Source of the DNA: a virus
Direction: 5' to 3' (one strand)
Virus record (IMG/VR): IMGVR_UViG_3300037452_000118
Span: 32,001-96,000 of that record
Length of the DNA: 64,000 bases
The notes below the pieces were generated by a model. That model had not been told where the DNA came from, ran no database searches, and saw only the letters and a program-made list of their open reading frames with translations. Below are positions 26,938 through 36,429 of the stretch, one piece after another. Position 1 is the first letter of the stretch. Every line of letters starts with the position of its first letter. A program made the translations under genes and the position numbers.

Positions 26938-27276
26938 TCAAAACTCCTTGAACATCGGCCAGTCGTCCCAGTTCTCCTGGAGCGGGCCGAGCGCGCTCCA
27001 GACCCGCATGTAGGCCATGTGCAGTTTGTTGTCGGCGACGGAGCTCTTGAAGTTGGGGTAGGTGATCCGGTCGACCTCGCCCTTGAGCGCCTCGGCGATC
27101 GCGGACTTCTTGATCGCGGCGCGGTAGAGGTAGTCGGCCTTCGGGTCGCGCTTCACCTTCGCCTTCGGGAACACCTTCTCGATGTCGCCCTTGCGCCTGG
27201 CGCGCACCAGCAGCTCGTCGCGGGCGCAGTCCTTTGACACAATGGAGAGGAAGCAATCTGAAAGTAGCAGCCACAT
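26938..27276 (-). CDS. Phage hypothetical protein
   Basis: FLSIV..LLVRARRKGDIE..DYLYRA..YPNFKSSV. Confidence 0.7.
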   Translation of the reverse strand: MWLLLSDCFLSIVSKDCARDELLVRARRKGDIEKVFPKAKVKRDPKADYLYRAAIKKSAIAEALKGEVDRITYPNFKSSVADNKLHMAYMRVWSALGPLQENWDDWPMFKEF

Positions 27277-27282
27277 CGTGGT

Positions 27283-27576
27283 TTATTTCCTTTCCAACAT
27301 CGTCAGGCAGATCGAGTTGTGGCTATGCTCGCGTCCCCAGCGCTGCATCGCCCAGATCAGCGTATCGGCGTTGCCGCAGGCCTGCATCGCCCACCAAACC
27401 ATCCGCAAGGAAACGCTGGCGTCATCCCGGACGCTCATGGTGCTGCCGCCCTCGTCCGGCGCCCACTCGACCTTCGCCAGAAATGACATGCCATTGGCGT
27501 CGCATTTGCTGGCGAGCTCCATCAGCGTCGGCGCGATCTCGCGGTCGTAGAAAGCCTCGCGTTCTTTCTCGTCCAT
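27283..27576 (-). CDS. Hypothetical protein
   Basis: REAFYDREIAPTLMELASKC; SD GAGGG. Confidence 0.65.
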   Translation of the reverse strand: MDEKEREAFYDREIAPTLMELASKCDANGMSFLAKVEWAPDEGGSTMSVRDDASVSLRMVWWAMQACGNADTLIWAMQRWGREHSHNSICLTMLERK

Positions 27577-27579
27577 CCC

Positions 27580-27855
27580 TCAGTCCTCCCTCTTTTCCCA
27601 ACGCCACTTCTTGACGGACGAGAACGTCACGCGCACGCGAAACCGCGCCGGCACGCTGTTGTAGATGGCGTCCTTGACCGCTTGCTTCGTAGAGGCGGAC
27701 AGCCGGCGAGAAGTCGAGATGTCCCAACGGAAATCCCAAAATTCGAGGTAGTTCTCCCGAACCAGCCAATCGTCGCACTCCTCCGCGAGAAACTCGCATA
27801 TCATCTTCATCGCCTTCGTGAGGCTCGCATGGATCGGAAGTTGAGCGTGCGGCAT
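27580..27855 (-). CDS. Hypothetical protein
   Basis: Operon context. Confidence 0.5.
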   Translation of the reverse strand: MPHAQLPIHASLTKAMKMICEFLAEECDDWLVRENYLEFWDFRWDISTSRRLSASTKQAVKDAIYNSVPARFRVRVTFSSVKKWRWEKRED

Positions 27856-28238
27856 CAGTATTCGCTCGGCAGAAGGATCACGTTGTCGGTGCAGTACAGC
27901 TTGACCTCCGGCAGCGGGAAGTCAGTGAACTCGATGTGCTTGCTGGCGACGACGTTTCCGTTGCCGTCGTCGCAGCTCAGCGTCGCCCCGTTTCCAGTCT
28001 TGCCAATCGCCGCATCGTCGCGAAGGAGCGTCCAGACCTGGAACTCCTCGGCGGCGACCTTCTTGTCGAACTTCTGCGCCAGCGCGATCTCGTCCAGGAG
28101 CCAATAGGCGCCGCCGGCATCGGCGACGTGCTTCGCCCCGTCGGTGAACGTGATCTTCGGCACCAAGCCGTGCTGGTACCATTGCTCGCTGCCGGTGAAC
28201 TGCCGCAACTCCGCTTCGTTCAAGGTCATCGTCGTCAT
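27855..28238 (-). CDS. DUF6876-like protein
   Basis: LRQFTGSE.WY.H..TDG..GAYWLLDEI..DDGNGN..FTDFPL..LLPSEY. Confidence 0.7.
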   Translation of the reverse strand: MTTMTLNEAELRQFTGSEQWYQHGLVPKITFTDGAKHVADAGGAYWLLDEIALAQKFDKKVAAEEFQVWTLLRDDAAIGKTGNGATLSCDDGNGNVVASKHIEFTDFPLPEVKLYCTDNVILLPSEY

Positions 28239-28260
28239 CGTTTTCTCTCCCCTCTTTGTT

Positions 28261-28515
28261 TCAATCCAACCCGGCGACGTGCTCGCCGATCTCGCGCAGC
28301 TCGGCCAGGACGGCCTCGAGCTTCTGCAGGCGCGCCCAATGCTCGGTCGTCGCGGCCGTCCCGGCGCCGGGGACGAGGTAGTAGTCCCGCAGGTTCGGCC
28401 CGTTCTTCTGGCAGACCTCGATGGCGTGCCGCACCGCGTTGACGCAGTCGATGTAGCCCTCGAGCAGCGCCTCGCGCGAGGTGCCGTTGAGGTGGACCGT
28501 CGGGAAGGTCGTCAT
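28261..28515 (-). CDS. Hypothetical protein
   Basis: PTVHLNGTSREALLEGY..PNLRDYY. Confidence 0.65.
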   Translation of the reverse strand: MTTFPTVHLNGTSREALLEGYIDCVNAVRHAIEVCQKNGPNLRDYYLVPGAGTAATTEHWARLQKLEAVLAELREIGEHVAGLD

Positions 28516-28733
28516 AGCCCGATCCTCATCATGAGCTCTTCGGCGCCGTAGACGGCGTTCTCGCCGCAGCCTTCGCACTTGTACTTGCGGGCGTCGGGCT
28601 CGCAGCAGCCGTTCTCCAGCCCACAGGCGAGACAGATGCCGGGGTTGTCGAGCGAGGTCATCTGCCGCTCGCAGGCCTCCATGATCACCTCCTCGGTGAC
28701 CTTGGGGTTCACGTTTATTCCGTCGATCTTCAT
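28512..28733 (-). CDS. Small Zn-finger protein
   Basis: GICLACG..CEPDARKYKCEGCG..VYGAEE. Confidence 0.7.
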   Translation of the reverse strand: MKIDGINVNPKVTEEVIMEACERQMTSLDNPGICLACGLENGCCEPDARKYKCEGCGENAVYGAEELMMRIGL

Positions 28734-28915
28734 TTTCTCAACCCCGCTTGCTGGATGATGGACAGCCCGATCAGCATCGCCTCGTCGGCCGCCTTGTGCT
28801 CCCCGCGCTGCGTCTTGCGCTGGAACGAGGACTCGACGGCGTGGACGACGTGAATCCAGTCGGCGATGGGTAGCGCGACGGCGACTATCGGCGATTTGAC
28901 CTTGGTGTCGCTCAC
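28730..28915 (-). CDS. Hypothetical protein
   Basis: GTG start overlapping the upstream stop. Confidence 0.4.
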   Translation of the reverse strand: MSDTKVKSPIVAVALPIADWIHVVHAVESSFQRKTQRGEHKAADEAMLIGLSIIQQAGLRK

Positions 28916-29250
28916 TGCTCGCCCCCGATGAACTTTTGCCGCGCGATCTCCCATGCCTCGTTCCAGAGGGCAGTATCGGCGTCTGATCCGAAGTCCAATG
29001 GGCGGCCGACGACATCCGTGAAGGCCTCGTCCATCGCCATGTTCGCGTCGCAGAAATCGTGCGAGGCGCAGCAGCCCTCGGCATAGGCTGAGGTTTGGTT
29101 GCGCTTCCGCATCTCGGCGAACTCGCCGGGGGAAAGCCACCGCCGCAGCACCGCCGCGAACTTCTCGGCGATCTGCGCCGGGCGCTCGTCGCCCTCGGCA
29201 TAGGCGACGTAGTTCTCTGCGGCGCTTTCAAAGCCTTTGATGATTGCCAT
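28912..29250 (-). CDS. Hypothetical protein
   Basis: CASHDFCDANMAMDEAF; SD GGAG. Confidence 0.65.
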   Translation of the reverse strand: MAIIKGFESAAENYVAYAEGDERPAQIAEKFAAVLRRWLSPGEFAEMRKRNQTSAYAEGCCASHDFCDANMAMDEAFTDVVGRPLDFGSDADTALWNEAWEIARQKFIGGEQ

Positions 29251-29254
29251 CGTT

Positions 29255-29500
29255 TCAAGTCTCCGCTCGATTGTCATAGAGAAGGACGGTTTGCGAGGTC
29301 CAGTCCTTCGCCGATCCGGCCCAGACCCGGCCGTTATAGCTGATATGGCCGATGACCTTGCCGTCCTGAAACAAGGCGGCGGCCGAGAGCCGGGAGGCGC
29401 CGAGACCGAGGCCGTCGCGGACGTTGGAGTAGGTCTCCGAGCATTCCTTGATCGTCGCGCACTCGAAGGCCATCCGGTTGACGCGGAACTTGTAGGCCAT
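29255..29500 (-). CDS. Hypothetical protein, first gene of the leftward cluster
   Basis: GHISYNGRVW; purine-rich SD. Confidence 0.65.
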   Translation of the reverse strand: MAYKFRVNRMAFECATIKECSETYSNVRDGLGLGASRLSAAALFQDGKVIGHISYNGRVWAGSAKDWTSQTVLLYDNRAET

Positions 29501-29530
29501 TGATCTTTTCCCCTTCCTCTTATGCTCTCA

Positions 29531-29656
29531 ATATGCGCATTTTCCGCGCCTTACGCAATATCCGCGCTTACGGCGGAACGGTGTGCCTGGCACGCGCCCC
29601 CGGCATAGCCCCCGGAGGGCGCGGGTATTGCGTACGCGGATATTGCGCATATATCA
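29531..29656. promoter_or_regulatory. Mirror-symmetric divergent promoter/operator region
   Basis: Four copies of ~TRCGCAATATCCGCG, two per strand; TTGCGT-N17-CATATT on the minus strand and TTGCGT-N16-TATATC on the plus strand. Confidence 0.55.
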
Positions 29657-29786
29657 GTATCGAAGGGAAAAGGAGGGGAAAAGCCGCGCAGTAAGGCCAA
29701 TCCGTTGCCCCCGGTCAAAAAGCGGACACCGCAAGTAGACCGTGGAGGGCAGCGAGCGCGGCGGCCCCCTCCCTGAAGGAGCAAGC

Positions 29787-30143
29787 ATGACACTGCCAAC
29801 AGTCGAGAAAAACACGGTCCTCGTGATCCGCACCGATGGAAGGGAGGAGATCGTCAAAGGCAAGCCGAAGGTCGCGGCGATGCACGCGATGATCGGGGCC
29901 GAAAGCCTGGACTTCGTCCGCATCGGAAAACTCGTGCCGAGCGACCTGACGATGGCAGTCGACGACTTCGGCTGGGAGACGGAGCGGATCGAGACGCCGG
30001 GCAAGGTCGAGCTGCGCCCGGTCCGGGCGCGGAAGCCGATCAACGCCAAGGCGACCGCGCTCTACCTCGCGGTCTGCCGCCCCGGCACGACGCATCAGAT
30101 CGCCGGCGACGTCGCGGTTTTTCACGACGAGGACATCGGATAA
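29787..30143 (+). CDS. Hypothetical protein
   Basis: SD AAGGAG; PINAKATALY..HQIAGDV. Confidence 0.65.
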   Translation: MTLPTVEKNTVLVIRTDGREEIVKGKPKVAAMHAMIGAESLDFVRIGKLVPSDLTMAVDDFGWETERIETPGKVELRPVRARKPINAKATALYLAVCRPGTTHQIAGDVAVFHDEDIG

Positions 30144-30182
30144 CGGTAGACTTTCGGCGCCGGGGCGGCCACATATCGCGGC

Positions 30183-30533
30183 ATGGCCCCTCAACGTCAC
30201 CAGCCAGCAGAAGATCGCCGCGCAATGGCGCGCCGCCTGGGCGCGACGAAGCATACATTCATCGCGTGGCTGTCTTACCAGCGAGGAGCGGCCTACGTAT
30301 TGGCCGCTCGATTGGAGTACCACGGCCATGAACCAGGATTACATTGCCATGCGTCGTGCGGCGACCTGGATGAGCTTCCTGCCGGAGTCGTGAAGCCCTT
30401 CGGCACCCGACGTGTGCCACAATACGGCACGTTTCACAGGCGAGTAACCTACGAAATGACAGAATCGTCAGCGCTCAGTTTGTCATTCGAATTTTTTGGG
30501 GTAAATGCGCCGCCAGAAGGTGCGATGATATGA
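30183..30533 (+). CDS. Hypothetical protein, possibly 5'-truncated partner of the DUF1828-like gene
   Basis: ARLEYHGHEPGLHCH; N-terminus looks non-native. Confidence 0.45.
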   Translation: MAPQRHQPAEDRRAMARRLGATKHTFIAWLSYQRGAAYVLAARLEYHGHEPGLHCHASCGDLDELPAGVVKPFGTRRVPQYGTFHRRVTYEMTESSALSLSFEFFGVNAPPEGAMI

Positions 30534-31315
30534 ACAAGGAGCAGCTTTGCCACGCTTTCTGCAATGATCTCAAGGTCCAGCAGGTCCCTGCCGGACTCGC
30601 CGTCACAACTGCGTTCGCCGCTGCTGACGGCGATCATATTGGCTTTTACATAATCAACGAGGGTGGCCTGTTCCGCATTGAAGACGATGGCGCCACCCTT
30701 CCATATTTGGAAGCCAGCGGCGTTGATTTTCGTTCCGGTACGCGAGGCGAGGCCCTAAGCGAACTGCTTGGGGAATATGGCGTTCATATCGATGAGACGA
30801 CACAAGAGTTTTATATCGCGCAGTTGAACGAGGAAGAGGTTCCTGCGGCGGCGCTCAAGTTCGTCGCATTTTCATTGCGTGTCCGAGACTTCATGTTGAT
30901 GACGGAGTTTCGTGTTGCCACGACATTCCGTGAGGATGCCGCCAAGCTGCTTAAGGAGGCGGTGAGCGGGAAGGCTCGTTTCGAGGAAAACCAAAAGATC
31001 AGCGACAACCTTGCGGACTTTCCTGCAGATTTCGTCCTTCGCGCTCCTCATCGTCCTCCGGTTGGAGTATATCTTGGCATCTCGGATAACCGTATCCTAG
31101 AGGCGCTTTTCATGCACATGCGAGCGCTGCACGAAGTACATGAACCCGTTCAGATCATTGCGTTGCTTGAACGTGGTCGTGGGATCAGCGCGAAGGTAAG
31201 ACAACAAGCAATGAATCGCTTAGACGCAGTGACTGAATTTAGAGGCGATGAAATCGCAGCGGTTCAGCGCATTGCGCGTGCGGCTCTTGGAGAGGCTCCC
31301 CGTGTTGCCCATTGA
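30530..31315 (+). CDS. DUF1828/DUF1829-like protein
   Basis: TTAF..DGDHIGFYI..RIEDDGAT; lower GC. Confidence 0.65.
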   Translation: MNKEQLCHAFCNDLKVQQVPAGLAVTTAFAAADGDHIGFYIINEGGLFRIEDDGATLPYLEASGVDFRSGTRGEALSELLGEYGVHIDETTQEFYIAQLNEEEVPAAALKFVAFSLRVRDFMLMTEFRVATTFREDAAKLLKEAVSGKARFEENQKISDNLADFPADFVLRAPHRPPVGVYLGISDNRILEALFMHMRALHEVHEPVQIIALLERGRGISAKVRQQAMNRLDAVTEFRGDEIAAVQRIARAALGEAPRVAH

Positions 31316-31562
31316 TCCCAAAGCAAACCCAGAAGTCGAATTGCGCCCTGACGCTTGGCAACGATTCGAACGCGCCGTTGATGTTGTGGCTAAGTCGCCG
31401 CCGCAACATAAGACGAAGATTGACAAAATACGTGGCAAGCGGAAAGTAACGAAACTAAAGGCATCACCCAAGCGTTGAAATCTGAAGCCCACTCTTTCGG
31501 AGGCCCGTTTCATGGAACGCCCAGACCGACAAAATTCATGTGGCCTGCTCACATCAGACGGA

Positions 31563-32087
31563 TCAGCCTATTTCCCCAATCTCGTGAATAATTCCGGCTT
31601 TCAATGCAGCATCTGGGTCGATCGTGCCGGGGTTGCGAAAGTAGGTTTCAACGTCCTTGGCAGAGAGATTAGTGCGCTCGACAATAATGTCGGTCATAAT
31701 CTTCTCGCCAATCTTCAGCGTCTCTAGCGCATCTTCATAGACAACGCGGTGTGAGGTTCCTTGGAGCGGATAGAATGTTCCGTGGTGGCGGAAATAACTG
31801 TGCTTGCAAGCTCGTCGTTTTTCACCCGCTAAAAATATAATATTTGCGCCCGATGTCACCTCACCGATGTTGTGAGTGGTAACCGGAATTTTTATTGAGC
31901 GCAGAATATTATAGATCGCTATAGATGCTCCAATATCACCTCCAAGGCTGCTGATCGGAATAATTAGTTCCGTGATAGCTTTTGACGGGTCAGCCTGCGG
32001 GACAGCAAGTTGCGAAGCCAATTGGAATACTGAAGCTACGATGGTGTGGTCCAGACTCCCCACGATGTAGAATGAGTATGTGGTCAT
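31563..32087 (-). CDS. ClpP-like serine protease (IS passenger)
   Basis: ISSLGGDI..IYNILR..HNIGEVTSGANIIFLAGEKR..HG; low GC. Confidence 0.8.
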   Translation of the reverse strand: MTTYSFYIVGSLDHTIVASVFQLASQLAVPQADPSKAITELIIPISSLGGDIGASIAIYNILRSIKIPVTTHNIGEVTSGANIIFLAGEKRRACKHSYFRHHGTFYPLQGTSHRVVYEDALETLKIGEKIMTDIIVERTNLSAKDVETYFRNPGTIDPDAALKAGIIHEIGEIG

Positions 32088-32155
32088 CAGTTTTTCCTAG
32101 CCGATCAATTCATTTTCTCATATTGCGCCAGCGCATAAAGCGCTTCGCCTCGCGC

Positions 32156-33097
32156 TTAAAGCGCGTTCGATTTAGTGATTTTGTGAGGCCGTCGATAAGT
32201 TAGCCTCTTGCCTTTGATGCCGGAGGCCGCTGCTTCGGCGCGCATTAGATCGTTGAAGCCCAAGGCCGTGCGCGTGTTGTAGCGGAAATCAAATTCCGCC
32301 AAATAACGATGAAGGTGCTTTTCAGCGCAATGCTGATAGACGCCTTTCATCCCGCGTTTGAAGATCGAAAAGAAGCCTTCGACCGTGTTGGTTGTCACGT
32401 CGCCGCGTGCGTATTCCTCTTTGCTGTGGTTGACGGTTTGGTGGCTGGCAAAGTCCTTATTGAGATATTTGTATTGCAAGCCCTCGTCCGTCATAACAGC
32501 AGTTTCTCGGGCAACATTGGCGCGGATGATTGGTACCAATGCGAATTTACTGGTCGCGTGAACATGAAAAGATCGCGCGGTACCGTCACGTTCAACCAGC
32601 GACAGCACTACATTTCGGTCCTGAAAGCCCTTGCGACGTTTCTTGGGTGCATTTTCATGGCGACCAATGCCGGTTTCATCGATTTCTACAATCTTGCTAG
32701 TGCCACCCATAGGCGCAAGACCGCCAGTGCGCATGGCTTCGCGTAAACGGTGCATCATGAACCAGCTCGACTTGTATGAAATGCCAAGCGAACGATGCAC
32801 TTGATGGGCGGAAACGCCTTTCTTGGACGCGGTGAGCAGGAATAGCGCGGCAAGCCACTTGGACAAAGGGATTTTGCTGCGCTCGAATACCGTCTTGACC
32901 GTGACCGTGAATTGCTCGCGGCACTGGCTGCACTGGTAGAGGCCCGGACGGTGGGCCTTACCCTGGAGCGCCGTCACGTCATCGCCTGTAGCGCCACAGT
33001 GAGGGCATACAGGACCATTCGGCCAAACCCGTGCCTCCAGCCACTCCCTGGCCTTGGTTTCGTCGGTGAAAATGGGGTTTTGGAGGTTCGCGGTCAT
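32156..33097 (-). CDS. IS1595-family (ISXO2-like) DDE transposase
   Basis: Zn ribbon CPHC..CSQC, VEIDET, MTDE, TNTVEGFFS, YLAEFDFRYN. Confidence 0.95.
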   Translation of the reverse strand: MTANLQNPIFTDETKAREWLEARVWPNGPVCPHCGATGDDVTALQGKAHRPGLYQCSQCREQFTVTVKTVFERSKIPLSKWLAALFLLTASKKGVSAHQVHRSLGISYKSSWFMMHRLREAMRTGGLAPMGGTSKIVEIDETGIGRHENAPKKRRKGFQDRNVVLSLVERDGTARSFHVHATSKFALVPIIRANVARETAVMTDEGLQYKYLNKDFASHQTVNHSKEEYARGDVTTNTVEGFFSIFKRGMKGVYQHCAEKHLHRYLAEFDFRYNTRTALGFNDLMRAEAAASGIKGKRLTYRRPHKITKSNAL

Positions 33098-33576
33098 AGG
33101 AAAGGCCCTTGTTTATGCGCCTAACCTATATCCTGTGGTCTGCTTTGTCAAGGTTATAATCCCCACCTGACCGGCGAAGCGGAGATCACTCTCCATCAGG
33201 CCGATCCGACGAAGGACTGCCGCATCGACATCGTTCCAGCGGACCGAAAGCGGCAAGAAGATTGGCCCCCAGTTTTTCAATGGGCTTACATCGAGAACGC
33301 CGCCGGCAAAACGGTCGAGCGGCTTCATCTGCTCCCCGTCGACCTGCCGTCGAAGGCCGCATAAAATCCAAGTTTCGGCGGATGTGCCCCGTACCGCCCG
33401 GCGATGTAGGCCGGTGTCGACGCGAACGGCTCGCGAACGAAGGGGGAAGCATCTCATGGCGCTGCGGCGCGTAGGCGCCCGTCAACGAGTATGGACGGCG
33501 CTTTGGCGCTCGCGATGGCGACCTCACGACGCGGGGATGGCGCCCCGCCCGTCCGCCGATTTTTTCCTCCGCCAAA

Positions 33577-33801
33577 TCATCGGCCGATGATGATCGTCAC
33601 CGTGCCGTTGCGGATGACCTGCTCCTGTTGCGGCTGCGGGGGCGGCGCGTAACAGCACCGGCGGTACGCGTTCAGGCAATAGTCCGACGTGGCCGCCTGC
33701 GGGCGCAACGCGCAGTCCCTGGCCCAGACGGCGTATTGCGCCGTCGCCGGCGATGCGGCGAGGGACGCGAGCAGCGCGGCGGCGAGGCAGATGCGGGTCA
33801 T
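33577..33801 (-). CDS. Small secreted protein
   Basis: Signal peptide MTRICLAAALLASLAASPATA; SD AAGGAG. Confidence 0.55.
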   Translation of the reverse strand: MTRICLAAALLASLAASPATAQYAVWARDCALRPQAATSDYCLNAYRRCCYAPPPQPQQEQVIRNGTVTIIIGR

Positions 33802-33975
33802 GTTGGTCGCTCCTTGGGTCAATTTGGGAAAAACTCGTCCGCCGCAGACTGCCACACAGGCCAGGCGAATCAACGGCTTGCATTTTCGGTAGGCGACATC
33901 TTGGGAAAATCCGGGTGAATCGTCCATCCCTCCTGCCATATTGCCAACCCCTGCCCGGACGTTCACATTGCGCCG

Positions 33976-34215
33976 ATGATCGATCCCAAGAAGCTGCAGG
34001 AGGCGCTGGACTCCGCGATGGCCGACAACGTCGGCGGCGAGTTCAGGGGCCTGATCACCAACCTCATCGAGGCGCGCTCGAAGCATCCCTCCCCGGCGGC
34101 GCCGAACGAGCAGCAGTCCATCGTCGTCTTCACCAACGGCGTCCGGATGATCTGGGACGCCTACCTCAAGGCCTCCGACATCGTCGCCGGGATCGCCAAG
34201 CCCCCGGTGGCGTGA
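33976..34215 (+). CDS. Hypothetical protein
   Basis: GC3-rich ORF. Confidence 0.55.
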   Translation: MIDPKKLQEALDSAMADNVGGEFRGLITNLIEARSKHPSPAAPNEQQSIVVFTNGVRMIWDAYLKASDIVAGIAKPPVA

Positions 34216-34263
34216 CGCGCCGAAGGCCGGTAGGATGACCTTCCCCCAAGGAGGATTCCCCCC

Positions 34264-34571
34264 ATGAGCATCGTCGGCAAGTTCTTCTGCTTCTGCGGCG
34301 AGGAATACCTGCACACCGGGGAGATAGTCGAGCAGCTCGACGCCGCCACGGTGCTGGTGCGGTTCACAAGTGCAAGCACGTTCCGGTCGCCAGCACGGTC
34401 GCGCTGGCGACGTCTTCGATGATCTCGAAGATGGATAAGGATGGCGACTTGAACGCCACGTGGGAGTTCTTCGACACCCGCGCCGACCTCGACGCCTGGA
34501 TGACGTGGCTCGGCATGCCGGACGACGACCGCCACAAGGACGCCGGCGAAGAAGTGCCGAAGCTGAACTGA
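34264..34571 (+). pseudogene. Possible frameshifted small gene
   Basis: MSIVGKFF..VRF continues as coding-like ..WEFFDTRADLDAW.. only after a frame change near 34370; could be a sequencing error. Confidence 0.35.
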
Positions 34572-34573
34572 CC

Positions 34574-35371
34574 ATGCGCCGGCGCAAGGGCGAGAAGGTG
34601 CTGCGGCCGGTGTTCGCCAACGCCGGCATCGCGGCGCTCTACCGCAAAAAACTTCGCGCGCTGATCGAGGAGATGCAGGCGTCGTACGCCCACTTCCTCA
34701 AGGCGCAGTACCGCCGAACGCCCCCGATCATGGCGCAGGACGACTCGCCGGCGAAGGAGCTGGAGCGCGAGCTGCGACGGCTCGGCGTCCAATGGCGGAA
34801 GAATTTCGACGCCGCAGCCCCGGCGCTGGCGGCATGGTTCGCGAAAGCGGCCTGGAAGCGCTCCGACGCCGCGCTACGGAAGATTCTGAAAGACGCCGGA
34901 ATTTCCGTGGAATTTCAGATGACCCGCGCGATGCGCGACATCCTCAACGCGACCGTCGCACAAAATGTCTCCCTGATAAAATCCATCGGCAGCGAGTACC
35001 ATACCGAGGTCGAGGGGCTTGTGATGCGTTCAGTAACAGCCGGCCGCGACCTCGGATTCCTGGCTAAAGAACTCCAGCACCGCTTTGGCGTTACGCAGCG
35101 CCGAGCGGCGTTTATCAGCCTTGACCAGAACAACAAGGCGACCTCTGCGCTGATGGCCGCGCGGCAGACGAGCCTCGGCATCGAAGAGGGGACATGGCTT
35201 CACTCTGGGGCCCGCAAACACCCTCGACCCAGCCATGTACGCAACAACGGGAAACGATTTAGTATCCGTGATGGCTGGCCCGATCCAGCGCTGAAAGGCA
35301 AGCGGATATGGCCCGGAACGGAGCCAAACTGCCGCTGTACCTGGAAACCCGTCGTCTTCGGATTTAGCTAA
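34574..35371 (+). CDS. MuF-like minor head morphogenesis protein
   Basis: NVSLIKSI, RAAFISLDQNNK, WLHS..PRPSH, PGTEPNCRC. Confidence 0.9.
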   Translation: MRRRKGEKVLRPVFANAGIAALYRKKLRALIEEMQASYAHFLKAQYRRTPPIMAQDDSPAKELERELRRLGVQWRKNFDAAAPALAAWFAKAAWKRSDAALRKILKDAGISVEFQMTRAMRDILNATVAQNVSLIKSIGSEYHTEVEGLVMRSVTAGRDLGFLAKELQHRFGVTQRRAAFISLDQNNKATSALMAARQTSLGIEEGTWLHSGARKHPRPSHVRNNGKRFSIRDGWPDPALKGKRIWPGTEPNCRCTWKPVVFGFS

Positions 35372-35800
35372 GTAGGGAAATAGGGGGGGGTTGTTTTTCG
35401 AGTTTGGGCATGGCATATCCCCCAGACAACGAGGAAATCATGCTTTCGATACGCTCATATATCGCGCCAACAGCCGCCGCCCGACCGAGCAATCGGTTCA
35501 GGACGTGGGCGTTGTCGCGCGTGTGTGATTTCCAGACGAAGCCCGAACAAGGGCTAGAGACCAAGGACTAAACGGCAGGGGCCAATCTCCCTCTGCCGAG
35601 ACAGGCAGAGAGGATCGAGACGGCCCGCAAAGTCCAAGTTAGAAACACCTCCCAAGCGAGCCGATACCTTCCGAACTGCCTGACGACCTCGCAAGAGCGT
35701 CGTGATGTTGCTCATCGTGAACGTCCAGAATTTTGGACGGGTGTTGTGCGACCGCCTCCTAACGGATGCTCAGCGGAACGCCCGTCCGTTTGTCAATTTT

Positions 35801-35875
35801 GCTGGCATAGCTCAGATGTAGAGCAGCTCCCCTGTAAGGAGACGCGCGGAGACTCAAGCCCTCCTGTCAGCACCA
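35801..35875 (+). tRNA. tRNA-Thr(TGT)
   Basis: Cloverleaf, CCA end, atypical T-loop. Confidence 0.8.
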
Positions 35876-35878
35876 TTC

Positions 35879-35953
35879 GGCCCCTGAAGCATTGTGACGA
35901 TGCAGCCGCCCCGTAAGCGGCAGAGCCGTGTTTGATTCACGGCTGGGGCTCCA
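35879..35953 (+). tRNA. tRNA-Thr(CGT)
   Basis: CCGC-CCCGTAA-GCGG; CCA. Confidence 0.72.
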
Positions 35954-35954
35954 T

Positions 35955-36030
35955 GCTCTCTTAGCTCATTTGGTAGAGCACCGAGTTGGTATCTCGGAGG
36001 CGGGTGGATCGAAGCCACCAGGGAGCACCA
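35955..36030 (+). tRNA. tRNA-Thr(GGT)
   Basis: CCGAG-TTGGTAT-CTCGG; CCA. Confidence 0.88.
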
Positions 36031-36035
36031 TTTTC

Positions 36036-36112
36036 GGCCTCGTAGTCCAACTGGCAGAGACGACGCCCTCAGAAGGCGTGCGTTGGGAGTTCGAATCTCC
36101 CCGAGGCTACCA
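36036..36112 (+). tRNA. tRNA-Leu(CAG)
   Basis: ACGCC-CTCAGAA-GGCGT; short variable loop. Confidence 0.85.
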
Positions 36113-36116
36113 ATTC

Positions 36117-36193
36117 GCTCGCGTATGCAAATCGGTAAAGCAGCGAAGCTCAAACCTTCGTGTTTGGAGATTCGAGTTCTCCCGCGAGCACCA
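36117..36193 (+). tRNA. tRNA-Leu(CAA)
   Basis: CGAAG-CTCAAAC-CTTCG; short variable loop. Confidence 0.82.
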
Positions 36194-36194
36194 T

Positions 36195-36271
36195 GCCGCA
36201 GTAGCCCAATTGGCAGAGGCATCCGGCTTAAACCCGGTTCAGTGCGGGATCGTGGCCCGCTTGCGGCACCA
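36195..36271 (+). tRNA. tRNA-Leu(TAA)
   Basis: CCGG-CTTAAAC-CCGG; short variable loop. Confidence 0.82.
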
Positions 36272-36277
36272 TTTCAC

Positions 36278-36349
36278 GGGCGCTTAGCTCAGAGGAAGAG
36301 CGTCGCGTTTACACCGCGAAGGTCGAGATATCATAATTCTCAGCGCCTA
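36278..36349 (+). tRNA. tRNA-Val(TAC)
   Basis: TCGCG-TTTACAC-CGCGA; no encoded CCA. Confidence 0.8.
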
Positions 36350-36350
36350 C

Positions 36351-36425
36351 GGGCTGTTAGTTCAGCGGCAGAATGCTTGCTCGACACGCAAGAGGTCCGG
36401 TGTTCGATTCACCGACAGCCCACCA
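36351..36425 (+). tRNA. tRNA-Val(GAC)
   Basis: CTTGC-TCGACAC-GCAAG; CCA. Confidence 0.85.
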
Positions 36426-36429
36426 TCAT

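Larger units (their letters stand above)
31311..33164 (-). mobile_element. IS1595-family element with passenger genes; distal end uncertain (may extend to ~30200)
   Basis: Candidate end GGGGATTATAACCTTGACAAAG on the minus strand from 33164; low-GC block; matching second IR not found. Confidence 0.65.
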
